Source: Candidatus Parcubacteria bacterium
GTDB lineage: Bacteria; Patescibacteriota; Microgenomatia; UBA12405
Assembly (NCBI GenBank): GCA_023443725.1
Contig: JAEZTF010000010.1
Location: 29,948 to 93,947 of the forward strand
Reading direction: 5' to 3'
DNA: 64,000 nt
The notes under the pieces are model-generated. The model was not told the origin of the DNA. It was given only the letters and a program-made list of their open reading frames with translations, and ran no database searches. A program made the position numbers and the translations under genes. This document shows, one piece after another, positions 19,193-28,079 of this stretch (positions are counted from its first letter, which is position 1; each line of letters begins with the position of its first letter).

Positions 19193-19345
19193 ATGTCAAC
19201 CGACTTTGGCAGTGGATCAATGATAATCATTGTATTGATTACAATTGGTTTTCTTCTTTTGGCTATCCTTTGGGGTTTGGCTTATTTATTCAAAGGATGT
19301 TTCAAATTGACCAAAAGAATATTTTGTAAGAAAGAAGCTTTTTGA
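19193..19345 (+). CDS. Small hydrophobic peptide of 50 aa. It is not in the ORF track because it is under 60 aa.
   Basis: Strong RBS AAAGGAGA 8 nt upstream. Sequence MSTDFGSGSMIIIVLITIGFLLLAILWGLAYLFKGCFKLTKRIFCKKEAF has a single TM. A TTGACT-17-TAAGAT promoter lies at about 19018-19046. Confidence 0.35.
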   Translation: MSTDFGSGSMIIIVLITIGFLLLAILWGLAYLFKGCFKLTKRIFCKKEAF

Positions 19346-19414
19346 AATGTATTTTCAAATCTATCCAAAAAGCGGTTGATCAAAAATTTGTACCCTTTGG
19401 GTGTAAATTAAATA

Positions 19415-20584
19415 TCAGCCGTTTTTTCTTAAAAAAGCAGGGATATCAAATTCGTCAACTATATCAACGCCAGTAGGTATATCTTTATCACCTAAAAATT
19501 TTTTAATTTGATGATCACTTAATTCTTTTACTTCTAAAGAATTAGCAGTGGGTGTTTGTTGAATAATTGGATCTCTATCTATTTGAGGTATTGGTTTTTT
19601 TATAGAACTGTAAAATTGACTTTTAGTATTATCAAATCCAGTAGCAATAACAGAAATTTTTATTTTTCCTTTTAATTCTTTATCGATAGTAGTACCAAAA
19701 ATAATATTGGCATCTGGAGCACTTCTTTCAGTTATGGTTCTAGCAGCTTCTTCTATTTCGGCCATAGTAAGATCTGGTCCTCCAGTAATATTAATCAAGA
19801 CACCTCTAGCACCTTGAATTTCGACTTCAACCAAAGGTGAGTTAATGGCTTCTTCGACTGCTTTTTTAGCTCGAGAATCACCTTCTGCTTCTCCTACTCC
19901 CATAAGTGCAGTACCAGCATTACTCATAACAGATTTGATATCGGCAAAGTCTAAATTTATTAATCCTGGATTAGTAATAAGATCAGCAATAGCTTTCGTA
20001 CCTTTATTTAGTACTGAATCGGCAATTTTGAAAGCTTCTAAAAGAGTGGCCTTATCGTTAACTACTTCCATAACTTTTTGGTTTGGAATGACAATTAAGG
20101 TATCGACATTATTGCGTAATTGAGAAATTCCCTCTTCAGCATTAGTCATACGACGAGTTCCTTCAAAAGCAAATGGTTTGGTGACTACTCCAATAGTTAG
20201 AATACCTAATTCTTTTTTGGCTATTTGAGCAATTATAGGAGCTGCTCCGGTGCATGTTCCTCCACCCATTCCACCAGTAATAAAAACCATATCTGTACCA
20301 GCTAAAACTTCTTTGATTCTTTCCTTAGATTCTTCGGCTGCCTTTTGACCCATTTGAGGATTACCTCCAGCACCTAAACCTTTGGTTAGTTTTTCTCCTA
20401 TTTGAATTTTTATTGGGGCAAGAGAATTTAATAAAGCTTGTGAATCGGTGTTTACGGCAATAAAATCAACTCCAATAATACTATCTTCGGAAATCATCGA
20501 ATTAATAGCATTATTACCGCCGCCACCGACACCGATGACTTTAATTTTGGCAAATTGTCCAGTTAATGTTTTTACTAATCCCAT
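19415..20584 (-). CDS. ftsZ: Cell division GTPase FtsZ.
   Basis: GVGGGGNNAINSM, tubulin signature GGGTCTGAAPIIAQ. Confidence 0.95.
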   Translation of the reverse strand: MGLVKTLTGQFAKIKVIGVGGGGNNAINSMISEDSIIGVDFIAVNTDSQALLNSLAPIKIQIGEKLTKGLGAGGNPQMGQKAAEESKERIKEVLAGTDMVFITGGMGGGTCTGAAPIIAQIAKKELGILTIGVVTKPFAFEGTRRMTNAEEGISQLRNNVDTLIVIPNQKVMEVVNDKATLLEAFKIADSVLNKGTKAIADLITNPGLINLDFADIKSVMSNAGTALMGVGEAEGDSRAKKAVEEAINSPLVEVEIQGARGVLINITGGPDLTMAEIEEAARTITERSAPDANIIFGTTIDKELKGKIKISVIATGFDNTKSQFYSSIKKPIPQIDRDPIIQQTPTANSLEVKELSDHQIKKFLGDKDIPTGVDIVDEFDIPAFLRKNG

Positions 20585-20586
20585 AG

Positions 20587-21843
20587 TTACGGTAAGATAG
20601 GCTCAATTAATTTTTTGACTCGACCAATAATACCTCCAAAATTTAGTTTTATTTTTCTGTTCGAAGAAGAACTAGAAGTATTGTCTTTGTTTTCTCTAGC
20701 CGTCATAAGTAAACCAATAGTACTAGTGTATGCAGGATTGAGAATATCATCGACGATACCTCCCATTTTTGGGGGAAAAGCAATTCTAAAAGGTAAAGGA
20801 ATTATTTTTTCACAAATTTCTTTTGCATTGACGGTTTGGGCACCACCACCAGTAAGAACAATTCCGGCTGGAATTACATGATGCAAATTGGCTGACTCTA
20901 ATTGATTAAAAATTAGATTAAATATTTCTTCAAGTCTTGGTTTGATAATTCCATTAGTGGCAGTTTGAATTGATATTTTTCTGTTTTTATCAAGAGAATC
21001 TATATCTAGTTTGGAAATTTCAATCTCATCATCAAAGTTTTTATTTTCAACTAACTTGTTTAATTTAAGTTTTATTTTTTCAGCATCATCAAGAGAAAAT
21101 CTTAGTCCTATAGCCAAATCATTAGTAACATTATTAGCACCGATAGGAATCACTGAAGAAAATATAGGAGCACCTTCATTAAAAACAGTGATAGTAGTAA
21201 CACTACCACCGATATCTACAAGTGCGACTCCTAATTCTTTTTCGGTTTCACTTAGACTGGCTTTTGCAGCAGCTAAACCAGAAAAAGTAAGATTGTTTAT
21301 ATGGATACCAATATCTTCAAGACATTTTCTAAGATTTTTAAGTGACGGCGTTGAAGCTAGAACAATGTGAGTTTCTACTTCAAGCCTAGTACCATTCATA
21401 CCAATAGGATCGACTACTCCTTCTTGACCATCAACAGTATATTTAATTGGTATTATGTGAATTATTTCTTTTCCAGGTGGTATAGCGATGGCCTTAGCGG
21501 CTTCAACTACTCGATTAATATCATTTTGGTCAATTTCACCGTTGGGGTTGCTAATAGCTACTACACCATGTGAGTTAACAGATTCGATATATGGTGCTGA
21601 TAAAGAGATAGAAGCAGAATTGATTTGAAAACCAGCCATTCTTTCAGCAGATTCTATACTTTGAGTAATAGTGTTGGATGCTTGGTCAATATTAATAATT
21701 TGACCTTTTCTAAAACCTGTGGCAGGGATTGAAGATACAGCAATAATATTAAATTTATCCTCTACTTCCTGATATTGACCGATTATAGTGGTTACTTTTG
21801 AAGTTCCGATATCAATGCCACTAATTGTTTTTGAGTGTTGCAT
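20587..21843 (-). CDS. ftsA: Cell division protein FtsA.
   Basis: Actin-like ATPase: ISGIDIGTSKVTTII, DIGGSVTTITV, 418 aa, directly upstream of ftsZ. Confidence 0.9.
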   Translation of the reverse strand: MQHSKTISGIDIGTSKVTTIIGQYQEVEDKFNIIAVSSIPATGFRKGQIINIDQASNTITQSIESAERMAGFQINSASISLSAPYIESVNSHGVVAISNPNGEIDQNDINRVVEAAKAIAIPPGKEIIHIIPIKYTVDGQEGVVDPIGMNGTRLEVETHIVLASTPSLKNLRKCLEDIGIHINNLTFSGLAAAKASLSETEKELGVALVDIGGSVTTITVFNEGAPIFSSVIPIGANNVTNDLAIGLRFSLDDAEKIKLKLNKLVENKNFDDEIEISKLDIDSLDKNRKISIQTATNGIIKPRLEEIFNLIFNQLESANLHHVIPAGIVLTGGGAQTVNAKEICEKIIPLPFRIAFPPKMGGIVDDILNPAYTSTIGLLMTARENKDNTSSSSSNRKIKLNFGGIIGRVKKLIEPILP

Positions 21844-22198
21844 AAGGATGATCGATGCTAAGATCGACTAAATTAAATTGTCTATTATTCATTTTAGCTG
21901 TTTTAGAAAGATCTTGCAAAGATACAATTTGCCAATATGGATCTTTTTGAGTAGAAATAATAACTTTAACTAAATTATTATTGTTATCTTGTAAATAAAA
22001 TTCAACTTCATTTAAATAATCTCTAATAGTTAAATTAATAGGATCTAATTGACTGGTTTTAAAAGCATTGTTTAATTTATCGTAAAAATCGTTTTGGTTT
22101 GATTTTGGAGTAATAGTTGAGGGATAAGTTTTAATTATAGTAAAAGCAATTATTCCAATAGTTAAAGTCAAACTAAAAATGATTTTAAATAATTTCAT
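21821..22198 (-). CDS. Short FtsQ/DivIB-like membrane-anchored protein (POTRA-less?).
   Basis: Single N-terminal TM and its position between murG and ftsA. No strong motif. Confidence 0.35.
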   Translation of the reverse strand: MKLFKIIFSLTLTIGIIAFTIIKTYPSTITPKSNQNDFYDKLNNAFKTSQLDPINLTIRDYLNEVEFYLQDNNNNLVKVIISTQKDPYWQIVSLQDLSKTAKMNNRQFNLVDLSIDHPYATLKNN

Positions 22199-23276
22199 AA
22201 ATTAACTTTAATAGTTTCAGATTAATTTGATTTTTTATATTTTTATTCTGAAACTTTATTAGTTTTAGTGAATTGATGGATGATAAAAGATTCTTACTGT
22301 TTAATTGGGATTGATCAATAATAATAGTTTGTTGTGGTAATTGTTGTTTAACCCAATTAGCATTTATTAACTGTTCATTTTGTTGACTTTTGGGCAAAGG
22401 AATCAGAATGGATCTTTGATTAAAAGCAACAATTTCTTGGCTAGTATTAGCACCACTTCGACTAATAATTATTGAGGCTTTTTTGAAAATCCACCCCATA
22501 TATTCTGTTTTTATATAATCAAAAGGATAATAATTTTTATATTTTGAAGACAATTTTTTAAATTTCTCGAAGTCTAATGGTCCAGTTTGATGAATAATTA
22601 AAAAATCTTTTAAGTTTGGTAAGATTTTTTTAATAGTTAAGTTAATAACATGCGATCCTTGATTACCAGCGGTAATATAAATAATTGGTTTTTGGTTAGA
22701 TTTAATTGAAGGAATTTTAATTTCTTGAGTAAATAATTCATAGCGGAGTAAATTTCCAGTAACAGCGGTTTTTGTTTTAGGTAAACTTTTTAATTGTTTT
22801 TGATTGTCGAAAGACAAGGCAATTTTAGTTACAAACAAACTGTTTATTTTTGTGGTTAAGCTATTAGTAGCGGTTTGTTCATGAGTAATAGTAGGAATGT
22901 GTTTTAAACAACCATTAATGATTACAGGAACAGAAACATAACCACCAAAAGAAACAATTACATCAGGTTTAATTTTGACTATAATTCTTTTTGATTCAAA
23001 AAAACCAATTATAGTTTTTTTTATACCTCTAAGAGTATTGGGAAAGTACTTACGATCAAATTTACCACATTCAATACCAAAATAACTTATCCCCAATTCA
23101 GGAATAATCTTTGATTCAATTGACTTTTCTTGGCCTTCCGAAGAATTTAATTTACGGCCAATATAATAAATGGTCCAATTAAATTTGGAGTCATTTTTAA
23201 GTTGACGAATCAGTTCTAGAGCTGGTGTGAGATGAGTGCCGGTGATGATGATTATCTTTGTTATCTTTTGACTCAT
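22185..23276 (-). CDS. murG: MurG-like GT28 transferase (UDP-GlcNAc:lipid I GlcNAc transferase).
   Basis: N-terminal IIITGTHLTPALELIRQL resembles the MurG G-loop. A C-terminal ITAGNQGSHVIN motif is present. Sits in the dcw position. Confidence 0.7.
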   Translation of the reverse strand: MSQKITKIIIITGTHLTPALELIRQLKNDSKFNWTIYYIGRKLNSSEGQEKSIESKIIPELGISYFGIECGKFDRKYFPNTLRGIKKTIIGFFESKRIIVKIKPDVIVSFGGYVSVPVIINGCLKHIPTITHEQTATNSLTTKINSLFVTKIALSFDNQKQLKSLPKTKTAVTGNLLRYELFTQEIKIPSIKSNQKPIIYITAGNQGSHVINLTIKKILPNLKDFLIIHQTGPLDFEKFKKLSSKYKNYYPFDYIKTEYMGWIFKKASIIISRSGANTSQEIVAFNQRSILIPLPKSQQNEQLINANWVKQQLPQQTIIIDQSQLNSKNLLSSINSLKLIKFQNKNIKNQINLKLLKLIYEII

Positions 23277-24366
23277 GATTTGAGTATAGCAGGGTTGTGT
23301 TATTTTTTTCGATATTATGAACCAACCCGATGGCGGCGGCTAAAGTAGTTAAAGATGATCCACCATAAGAAATAAATGGTAAAGGAACTCCGGTTAAAGG
23401 GATAATACCAGCAATTGCTGAAACATTAATTAATGTTTGATAAGTAATCCATAAAGCAGTGCCTGAAACTATAAGAGATTGAAAATTGTCAGGAATAATA
23501 TTGGCTAATTTAAACAAATAAGAAATTAAAGAAATATAAACAATTATTATAGAAAATAATCCGATGAATCCGGTTTCTTCACCAATAACCGCCAGAATGG
23601 AATCAGTAGATATTTTTGGAAGAAAACTATATTTTTGATCTGAATTAGCAAAACCTTTACCAAAAAAACCACCAGAAGCTAGAGTTAAAGTAATTTGATT
23701 ACTATGATATGAAGCCGTGTTTTGATTTTGTTCAGGATTTAGCATAGTTTTTAATCTAGCAGACCTATAAGGAGAAGTTAAAACCAATATCAAACTAATC
23801 GAAACTAAAAAAACACAAAATGTAAGAAGTGAGCTAATTTTGCCACCCCCAAGGTAATAAAGTGAAATAGAAATAGCCGATATTAAAATAGCTGTACTTA
23901 AATTTGGTTCTATAATTATTAGTACAAAAGGAATACCTAAATAAACAACCAAGTTTTTTAATTGACAATTTTCACTTTTTGAAAAAAATTTTGAAAGAAA
24001 TAACACTAAACTCAGTTTTAAAATTTCTGATGGTTGAAATTTAACGATGCCCAAATTCAACCAACGATGAGCTCCAAGAGTTTCATCACTAAATCCTGGA
24101 ATAATAACTAATATCAAAGCAATAATTGAAAAAATAAAAAATAAAGGAATATATTTTTGAATAGTTTTAAGTTTTATCTTAGAAAAAATAAAATAAACTA
24201 CAAAACTAATTATTAACCAAAGACTTTGTTTTCTAAGAAAGAAAAACTTATCTCCAATACTAGTAGTAGCTTCACTAAGTGAAGCAATGGAAATAAAAAT
24301 AATTCCAATAGCAATTAGAATAGAAATTAGGGAAATTAAAGGTGATTTAAATGCTGACGGTTTCAT
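23197..24366 (-). CDS. ftsW: FtsW (SEDS) lipid II flippase/PG polymerase.
   Basis: ASGGFFGKGFANS, GEETGFIGL and PLPFISYGGSS. The start is inferred at MKPSAFK (24366), because the ORF-track N-terminal extension overlaps the upstream gene. There is a His-rich C-terminal tail. Confidence 0.75.
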   Translation of the reverse strand: MKPSAFKSPLISLISILIAIGIIFISIASLSEATTSIGDKFFFLRKQSLWLIISFVVYFIFSKIKLKTIQKYIPLFFIFSIIALILVIIPGFSDETLGAHRWLNLGIVKFQPSEILKLSLVLFLSKFFSKSENCQLKNLVVYLGIPFVLIIIEPNLSTAILISAISISLYYLGGGKISSLLTFCVFLVSISLILVLTSPYRSARLKTMLNPEQNQNTASYHSNQITLTLASGGFFGKGFANSDQKYSFLPKISTDSILAVIGEETGFIGLFSIIIVYISLISYLFKLANIIPDNFQSLIVSGTALWITYQTLINVSAIAGIIPLTGVPLPFISYGGSSLTTLAAAIGLVHNIEKNNTTLLYSNHESKDNKDNHHHRHSSHTSSRTDSST

Positions 24367-25480
24367 TGGCAGATTTGATAATTGAGGGTTTGATATTGAT
24401 AGGATTGTTTTGATTAGAAAATGGAATAAAATCTCGATAACGACTACAGGTATTATTTGATTTATCTTTTTTGGTAATTTCAGAACCAATGATTTTAGAA
24501 TTGTAAAATCTTTTATTTTCTTGAGGGATATCTATTTTTGTTTCTATTGGTAAGAATGATAAAAGATGAAAGAAAAAAAGTGAATTAATATTATTTCTAA
24601 TTTCGATTTGATGGTAAAGATCAAAAGAAGCTGTTAATCTTGGATTACATTCTAAAATGAAAACTTCTTCTTGATCAGTTACAAAAAAATCTAGACCAAA
24701 GAAACCATGATAATCAAAATTTGATAATACATCGGCAAGTTGTTCAGTTAAAATTTTAATTTTTTCAACAATTTTTGTTGGAGCAAACGATGGCCATTGT
24801 CGACCAACAGTAGTGAAAGGGTTTTGAGTAAATTGAGAAAGTCCAGTATATTGTAGTCCCGGTGGACTTTGAATTAGACCAGCGTTGGTAAGACAACAAT
24901 TATTAATTAATGAATAACCAGATAAAAATGGTGTAAATTTTACTGGAGTTTGAAGTGGAATTTTATCTTTTATATCTTCCCAATTTGATGAACTAAAGGT
25001 GCTTTTACCAGCCCAACCGAATCTGGTTTGAAGAACTAAATGTTTATTTAATACTTGTTGATATTTTTCAAAGTTTTCTTGATTGAATTTATCAATAATT
25101 GATGGAATTGTAGGTAAATAATGTTTTTTACAAAGTTTAGAAAAATTTATTTTATCTTCTAAAAAGCGATTTATTTTGGCTGGATTAGCGGCGTAAATCC
25201 AATTTTTTTGATGACAGATATGTTCTATCTTTCCCGAAGGTTTGAATGGAATTATAACTGCTTGGTGGCCAGTTTGTTTAATTTTGTTTTTAATAAAATT
25301 AATAGTTATGACTTCTGATAATAATTTCCCCGAATTTTTAATTTTATTGTTTAAATTCAAAATATCTGAATTTAATAAATAAAAATTACTTATTTCTTTA
25401 ATATTGATAGTTAAAAACTTATCAACACTAATAAAGAAAAAATCAAAATTACTATTTTGAAGTGTGTTAATTAGATTCAT
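24347..25480 (-). CDS. ATP-grasp ligase, D-Ala-D-Ala ligase (Ddl)-like, divergent.
   Basis: C-terminal GLDFFVTDQEEVFILECNPRLTASF matches the Ddl-type (R/G)xDFF...E(V/I)N(T)xP pattern. 377 aa with an atypical N-terminus. Confidence 0.5.
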   Translation of the reverse strand: MNLINTLQNSNFDFFFISVDKFLTINIKEISNFYLLNSDILNLNNKIKNSGKLLSEVITINFIKNKIKQTGHQAVIIPFKPSGKIEHICHQKNWIYAANPAKINRFLEDKINFSKLCKKHYLPTIPSIIDKFNQENFEKYQQVLNKHLVLQTRFGWAGKSTFSSSNWEDIKDKIPLQTPVKFTPFLSGYSLINNCCLTNAGLIQSPPGLQYTGLSQFTQNPFTTVGRQWPSFAPTKIVEKIKILTEQLADVLSNFDYHGFFGLDFFVTDQEEVFILECNPRLTASFDLYHQIEIRNNINSLFFFHLLSFLPIETKIDIPQENKRFYNSKIIGSEITKKDKSNNTCSRYRDFIPFSNQNNPINIKPSIIKSANETVSI

Positions 25481-26298
25481 CTTTTGGCACCGGTTAAAAG
25501 AATAACTGGAAAGTTTCCAACATCGATTCCATTTTTAATCGCTTTTTGATAACCGGCTAAAGCTAATGATCCTTCTAAAGAAGTAAAAATATTTTTAGAT
25601 TCGAGTAGTTGATTGGCTAATAAAATAGCTTCATTTTGAACAGTAAAAGCCGAACCATTACAATTCTTAATATTTGAAATAATTTTGTCTTTTAGGGGTA
25701 TAAATTTTACAGATAAAGCATCAGTAATTAGTCTGTTTTCAGGTATAAAGTTGTTATCAAAGCGTTTGGAAATAGGACAGTTACTGGCCGATTGAACAGC
25801 AAAAATCTTAGTTGAAGGTGGAAGTTTTTGGGCAATTCCGAGAAGGGTAGTACCACTACCAACAGGAATAAAAATACTGCTAATTTGTGGTAAATCTTGA
25901 ATAACTTCTAAGGCAATTTGTTGATATCCGATTAAAGCTGAAGGATCGGTTGATTGACGAAGTAGATAAACTTGTTTACTTTTTGCATATTTAATAGCAT
26001 CGCTAATAGGTTGGTCACTTAAAATAATTTCAGCAGAGTATTGCTTTAAAAGATCTAATTTCTTTTGATTTACTTTTGAAGATAAAAATATAGTTAATTC
26101 AATCTGATTGATTTGGCAAAAATGAGCCGCTGAAATTGCTGCATTACCAGTACTAGAGATAACAGCTTTAGTGAAACCAAGATGTTTTAAGTTTTCTATT
26201 TGAAACGGTATGGCTCTATCTTTAGCTGAACCGGTTGGGTTTTGGTCTTCCCTTTTTAAATAAAAATTGTCTATTTTAACTAAAGGAGTATTTGTCAT
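25477..26298 (-). CDS. Short (273 aa) fold-type-II PLP-dependent enzyme (Trp-synthase-beta superfamily, threonine-synthase/cysteine-synthase/racemase-like).
   Basis: PLP-lysine motif YLKREDQNPTGSAKDRA, Gly-rich loop VGSGTTLLG. Confidence 0.6.
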   Translation of the reverse strand: MTNTPLVKIDNFYLKREDQNPTGSAKDRAIPFQIENLKHLGFTKAVISSTGNAAISAAHFCQINQIELTIFLSSKVNQKKLDLLKQYSAEIILSDQPISDAIKYAKSKQVYLLRQSTDPSALIGYQQIALEVIQDLPQISSIFIPVGSGTTLLGIAQKLPPSTKIFAVQSASNCPISKRFDNNFIPENRLITDALSVKFIPLKDKIISNIKNCNGSAFTVQNEAILLANQLLESKNIFTSLEGSLALAGYQKAIKNGIDVGNFPVILLTGAKR

Positions 26299-26341
26299 AT
26301 AATTGGCTAATTATACTAATTATATATTTTTTATCTTTAAT

Positions 26342-26506
26342 ATGACAGAAACAAAGAAAGTTAAATGTCCTGATTGTGGAGCTGAAATTTTATTATCTGG
26401 AACTGAAGAAGTCGGTGATATTTTGGAATGTGGCGAGTGTGGTACTGAAGTAGAAATTACTTCTATTGATCCTCTTTCTTTTAGAGAATTAGTCGAAGAG
26501 AAATAA
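26342..26506 (+). CDS. LysW-like zinc-ribbon protein (amino-group carrier protein family-like) of 54 aa.
   Basis: KCPDCGAEILLSG...GDILECGECGTEVEITSIDPLSFRE matches the LysW ribbon pattern CPxCGAE...CxxCGxE(L/V)E(V/I)...DPL. The C-terminus is ...LVEEK rather than the canonical ...EDWGE. Confidence 0.5.
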   Translation: MTETKKVKCPDCGAEILLSGTEEVGDILECGECGTEVEITSIDPLSFRELVEEK

Positions 26507-27061
26507 TCTGTAAATACCTTGATTCTCAAAATTCAGATCAGTTAAATCGGCTTGTCCATAATGAACTCCCCTATTATCTCTTGAACTATCGACATATAAA
26601 ATAATATTGTCTTTTTTCTCGATGATAAACAAAACATGATGACCATTCTTTTGACGAACTAGGTCGCCAGTTTGAATATCAGTAATATTTGTAATTTTTT
26701 TTGATAAAGGAGTGGAAGTTAACATGTCAGCAGAAGTTTTTCGAGGATTAAGATCTACTTTTTTATTGATCAAAGAACCATAGAATATTAGCAACTGACA
26801 AACTAATCCGGAGCAATCGATACCGATTTTATTTTTCTTTTGAAAATTGTAAATTTCTCTTTCTGAAAGATTTAATAATTTTAAATTTTCTTGGTTAGCC
26901 AATTCAACAGTTTTAAGAGCGATATCTTTAGCGTTTCCCTTACCTCCCATAAATCCCTCTTTGATTATTTTGCCGTCTTTTAAAGTATTCTTCCAATATG
27001 GAATACCGATGTATTTACTGATTTCTAATTTTAATTGATTGATTAATTCAGGCCCAACCAT
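26489..27061 (-). CDS. NlpC/P60-family papain-like peptidase/amidase.
   Basis: Catalytic Cys motif GIDCSGLV, downstream GDLV...GHHVLFI (His). The start is inferred at MVGPEL. Confidence 0.55.
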   Translation of the reverse strand: MVGPELINQLKLEISKYIGIPYWKNTLKDGKIIKEGFMGGKGNAKDIALKTVELANQENLKLLNLSEREIYNFQKKNKIGIDCSGLVCQLLIFYGSLINKKVDLNPRKTSADMLTSTPLSKKITNITDIQTGDLVRQKNGHHVLFIIEKKDNIILYVDSSRDNRGVHYGQADLTDLNFENQGIYRLFLFD

Positions 27062-28077
27062 AATCCAAAAATAGCTAAAATAATACCAGCTAACCAAGCA
27101 CGAGTAACAATTTTAGGTTCTTCCCAACCAATTTTTTGCAAAGTAAGATGAATAGGAGCAGCTGGAAAAACTTTTTTACCAAAATATTTTTTACTAAAAA
27201 TCTGAATAGCACTACTCATACCTTCAATGATGAATGGAGAACCAATAATTAATAATGGAACTATTTTTCCTAAAAGAATAGCAATTACGGCAAATGTAGC
27301 GCCAAATGATAAAGCTCCGACGTCACCCAACCAAATTCTGGCTGGATAAACATTAAAATATAAAAAGGCGATTAATGATCCTAACCATAGTGACAAAAAT
27401 AAAGAAGTTGGAGTATCTAATGAGGTATTTGATAAAAACCAAAAAGCAAACAAAGCTATCATTAATAAACCACAAGACAGACCATCTAAACCATCAGTAA
27501 TATTAAAAAAGTTGGTAAAAGCAGTGATGATGATGGTGGATATGGGGATAAAAAATAAACCTAAGTGAATTGGTCCAAAAAAAGGTATGTAGAAAAAATC
27601 TATTTTTAATTTTAGATAAATAAGAAAAGAAATAATAACTGATAAAAGTAATTGAAGAATAAGTTTATGAATTAATCTAAGTCCAAAAAAACCAGTTTTT
27701 TTGAAACCAAAAAACTTATAAATATCATCATAAAGTCCAAGAATACCAAAACTAATAAAAGTAAAAAAGATTATTTCTAACTCATAATTTATTTGAAAAT
27801 TAGAAGAAATAAATATTTTGGAAAATTTTAATATAGGAAATAGAATTAAAAACATAACACAAACAGCAATGATGATTAAGAGTCCTCCACCTACAGGTGT
27901 GCCACTTTTTGAGTTATGAAATTTATCAAAAATAGGTGTTTTGTTATTTTGAAAATCGGTTGTTTGTTGTTTTTGACGTTGAAATTTGAGTTTGTAAAGA
28001 AGATTGATAAATGGAACAACTAAAGTACTAGAAATAAAGAAGGAAAAAAGTAATAGACCTAAATAAAGATGAATCAT
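27043..28077 (-). CDS. mraY: Phospho-N-acetylmuramoyl-pentapeptide transferase.
   Basis: NFFNITDGLDGL, about 10 TM helices. Confidence 0.9.
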   Translation of the reverse strand: MIHLYLGLLLFSFFISSTLVVPFINLLYKLKFQRQKQQTTDFQNNKTPIFDKFHNSKSGTPVGGGLLIIIAVCVMFLILFPILKFSKIFISSNFQINYELEIIFFTFISFGILGLYDDIYKFFGFKKTGFFGLRLIHKLILQLLLSVIISFLIYLKLKIDFFYIPFFGPIHLGLFFIPISTIIITAFTNFFNITDGLDGLSCGLLMIALFAFWFLSNTSLDTPTSLFLSLWLGSLIAFLYFNVYPARIWLGDVGALSFGATFAVIAILLGKIVPLLIIGSPFIIEGMSSAIQIFSKKYFGKKVFPAAPIHLTLQKIGWEEPKIVTRAWLAGIILAIFGLWLGLN

Positions 28078-28079
28078 AA

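Noticed and set aside
15716-21573. Several 60-120-aa ORFs antisense to the SEDS gene, ileS, ftsZ and ftsA (15716..16057, 17905..18093, 18565..18756, 19845..20123, 20615..20881, 21011..21573).
   Set aside because: All lie inside highly conserved genes on the other strand and have no motifs.
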